NCBI GenBank assembly: GCA_024137785.1
Contig: JAHRHZ010000058.1
Coordinates: 15,360,883 to 15,424,882 of the forward strand
Length of the DNA: 64,000 nucleotides
Origin: Ginglymostoma cirratum
Lineage: Eukaryota
Direction: 5' to 3'
Of the stretch, positions 63,401 to 64,000 are shown one piece after another. The translations under genes were made by a program, and so were the position numbers. The notes beneath the pieces are model-generated. The model worked only from the letters and a program-made list of their open reading frames with translations, was not told the DNA's origin and made no database searches. The stretch's first letter is position 1, and every line of letters starts with the position of its first letter.

Positions 63401-64000
63401 TCACTCATTGACTGCAAATTTGCTGCTGCTCAAAACTAAATCAGACCCTGTTTGTTACCAGGAATAAACGCACCTTTATTCTTTGTTTACTTTGCTTTTC
63501 CTGTTATTCAATAAACATGAATGACTTAAACTGTTTGAAGGCTTTCCAACATGTGAAGCTCCCACATTGAACCAGAGAAAGATGTTATGCTACATTGGGT
63601 GTTAAGGATAGAGTAGCACTCTTTCCAACAAGATTCTAACATGGTATAATGCTAAGAATGGGTAACCTGTGTAGCCTGATTCTTGTAATTGTAGTTACAA
63701 TCACACCTGATCAGACAGTTAATGATGTAAAATAGTAATACATTTGCAAGTGTTCGCTTCCACTCACAATGAAGTGTTACCGTGCCACCTATGTGCTCTC
63801 AGAATATTTTCTTTCTCATTTCCCTCCCACTAACAGTACAGTGAAGGGCTATTTGTGGCTGGCAGTGACAGTCCTGGTAAACAGCTGGTCTTGAAATAGG
63901 GCACCGTATACGGAAATCCTGGAAGTTCCAGGCAGTGGAGAGTATTTCCGCCAATGGTGAGCAACAGTAATGAAAACACAGCACCATAGCATCATGCAGC

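Overview
Eukaryotic, AT-rich, repeat-dense vertebrate DNA. The repeat families (HE1-type V-SINE, many CR1 LINEs, Penelope-like elements, Harbinger) point to a shark or other cartilaginous fish; the species cannot be read from the sequence. There are two protein-coding genes, both DM-domain (doublesex/mab-3) transcription factors, in tandem on the minus strand. (1) A DMRTB1/dmrt6-like gene: ATG at 57652, coding exons at 57652-57199, possibly 56664-56515, 55006-54735 and 42945-42798, with the last exon unresolved near 41.5-42.1 kb. (2) About 30 kb downstream, an intact two-exon DMRT3-type gene (11267-10871 + 7745-6868, 424 aa) with DM and DMA domains but a strongly diverged remainder. The order dmrtb1 -> dmrt3-like mirrors the canonical dmrt1 -> dmrt3 -> dmrt2 cluster. 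The best hypothesis is that this is the whole-genome-duplication sister cluster, still carrying a second dmrt3 ('dmrt3b') that I do not know from bony vertebrates. The rest is mostly degenerate transposons: CR1, L2, Gypsy, Copia-like, Harbinger, SINEs and Penelope-derived pieces with hammerhead-ribozyme cores. Family assignments come from recalled motifs, not database searches, and repeat boundaries are approximate.
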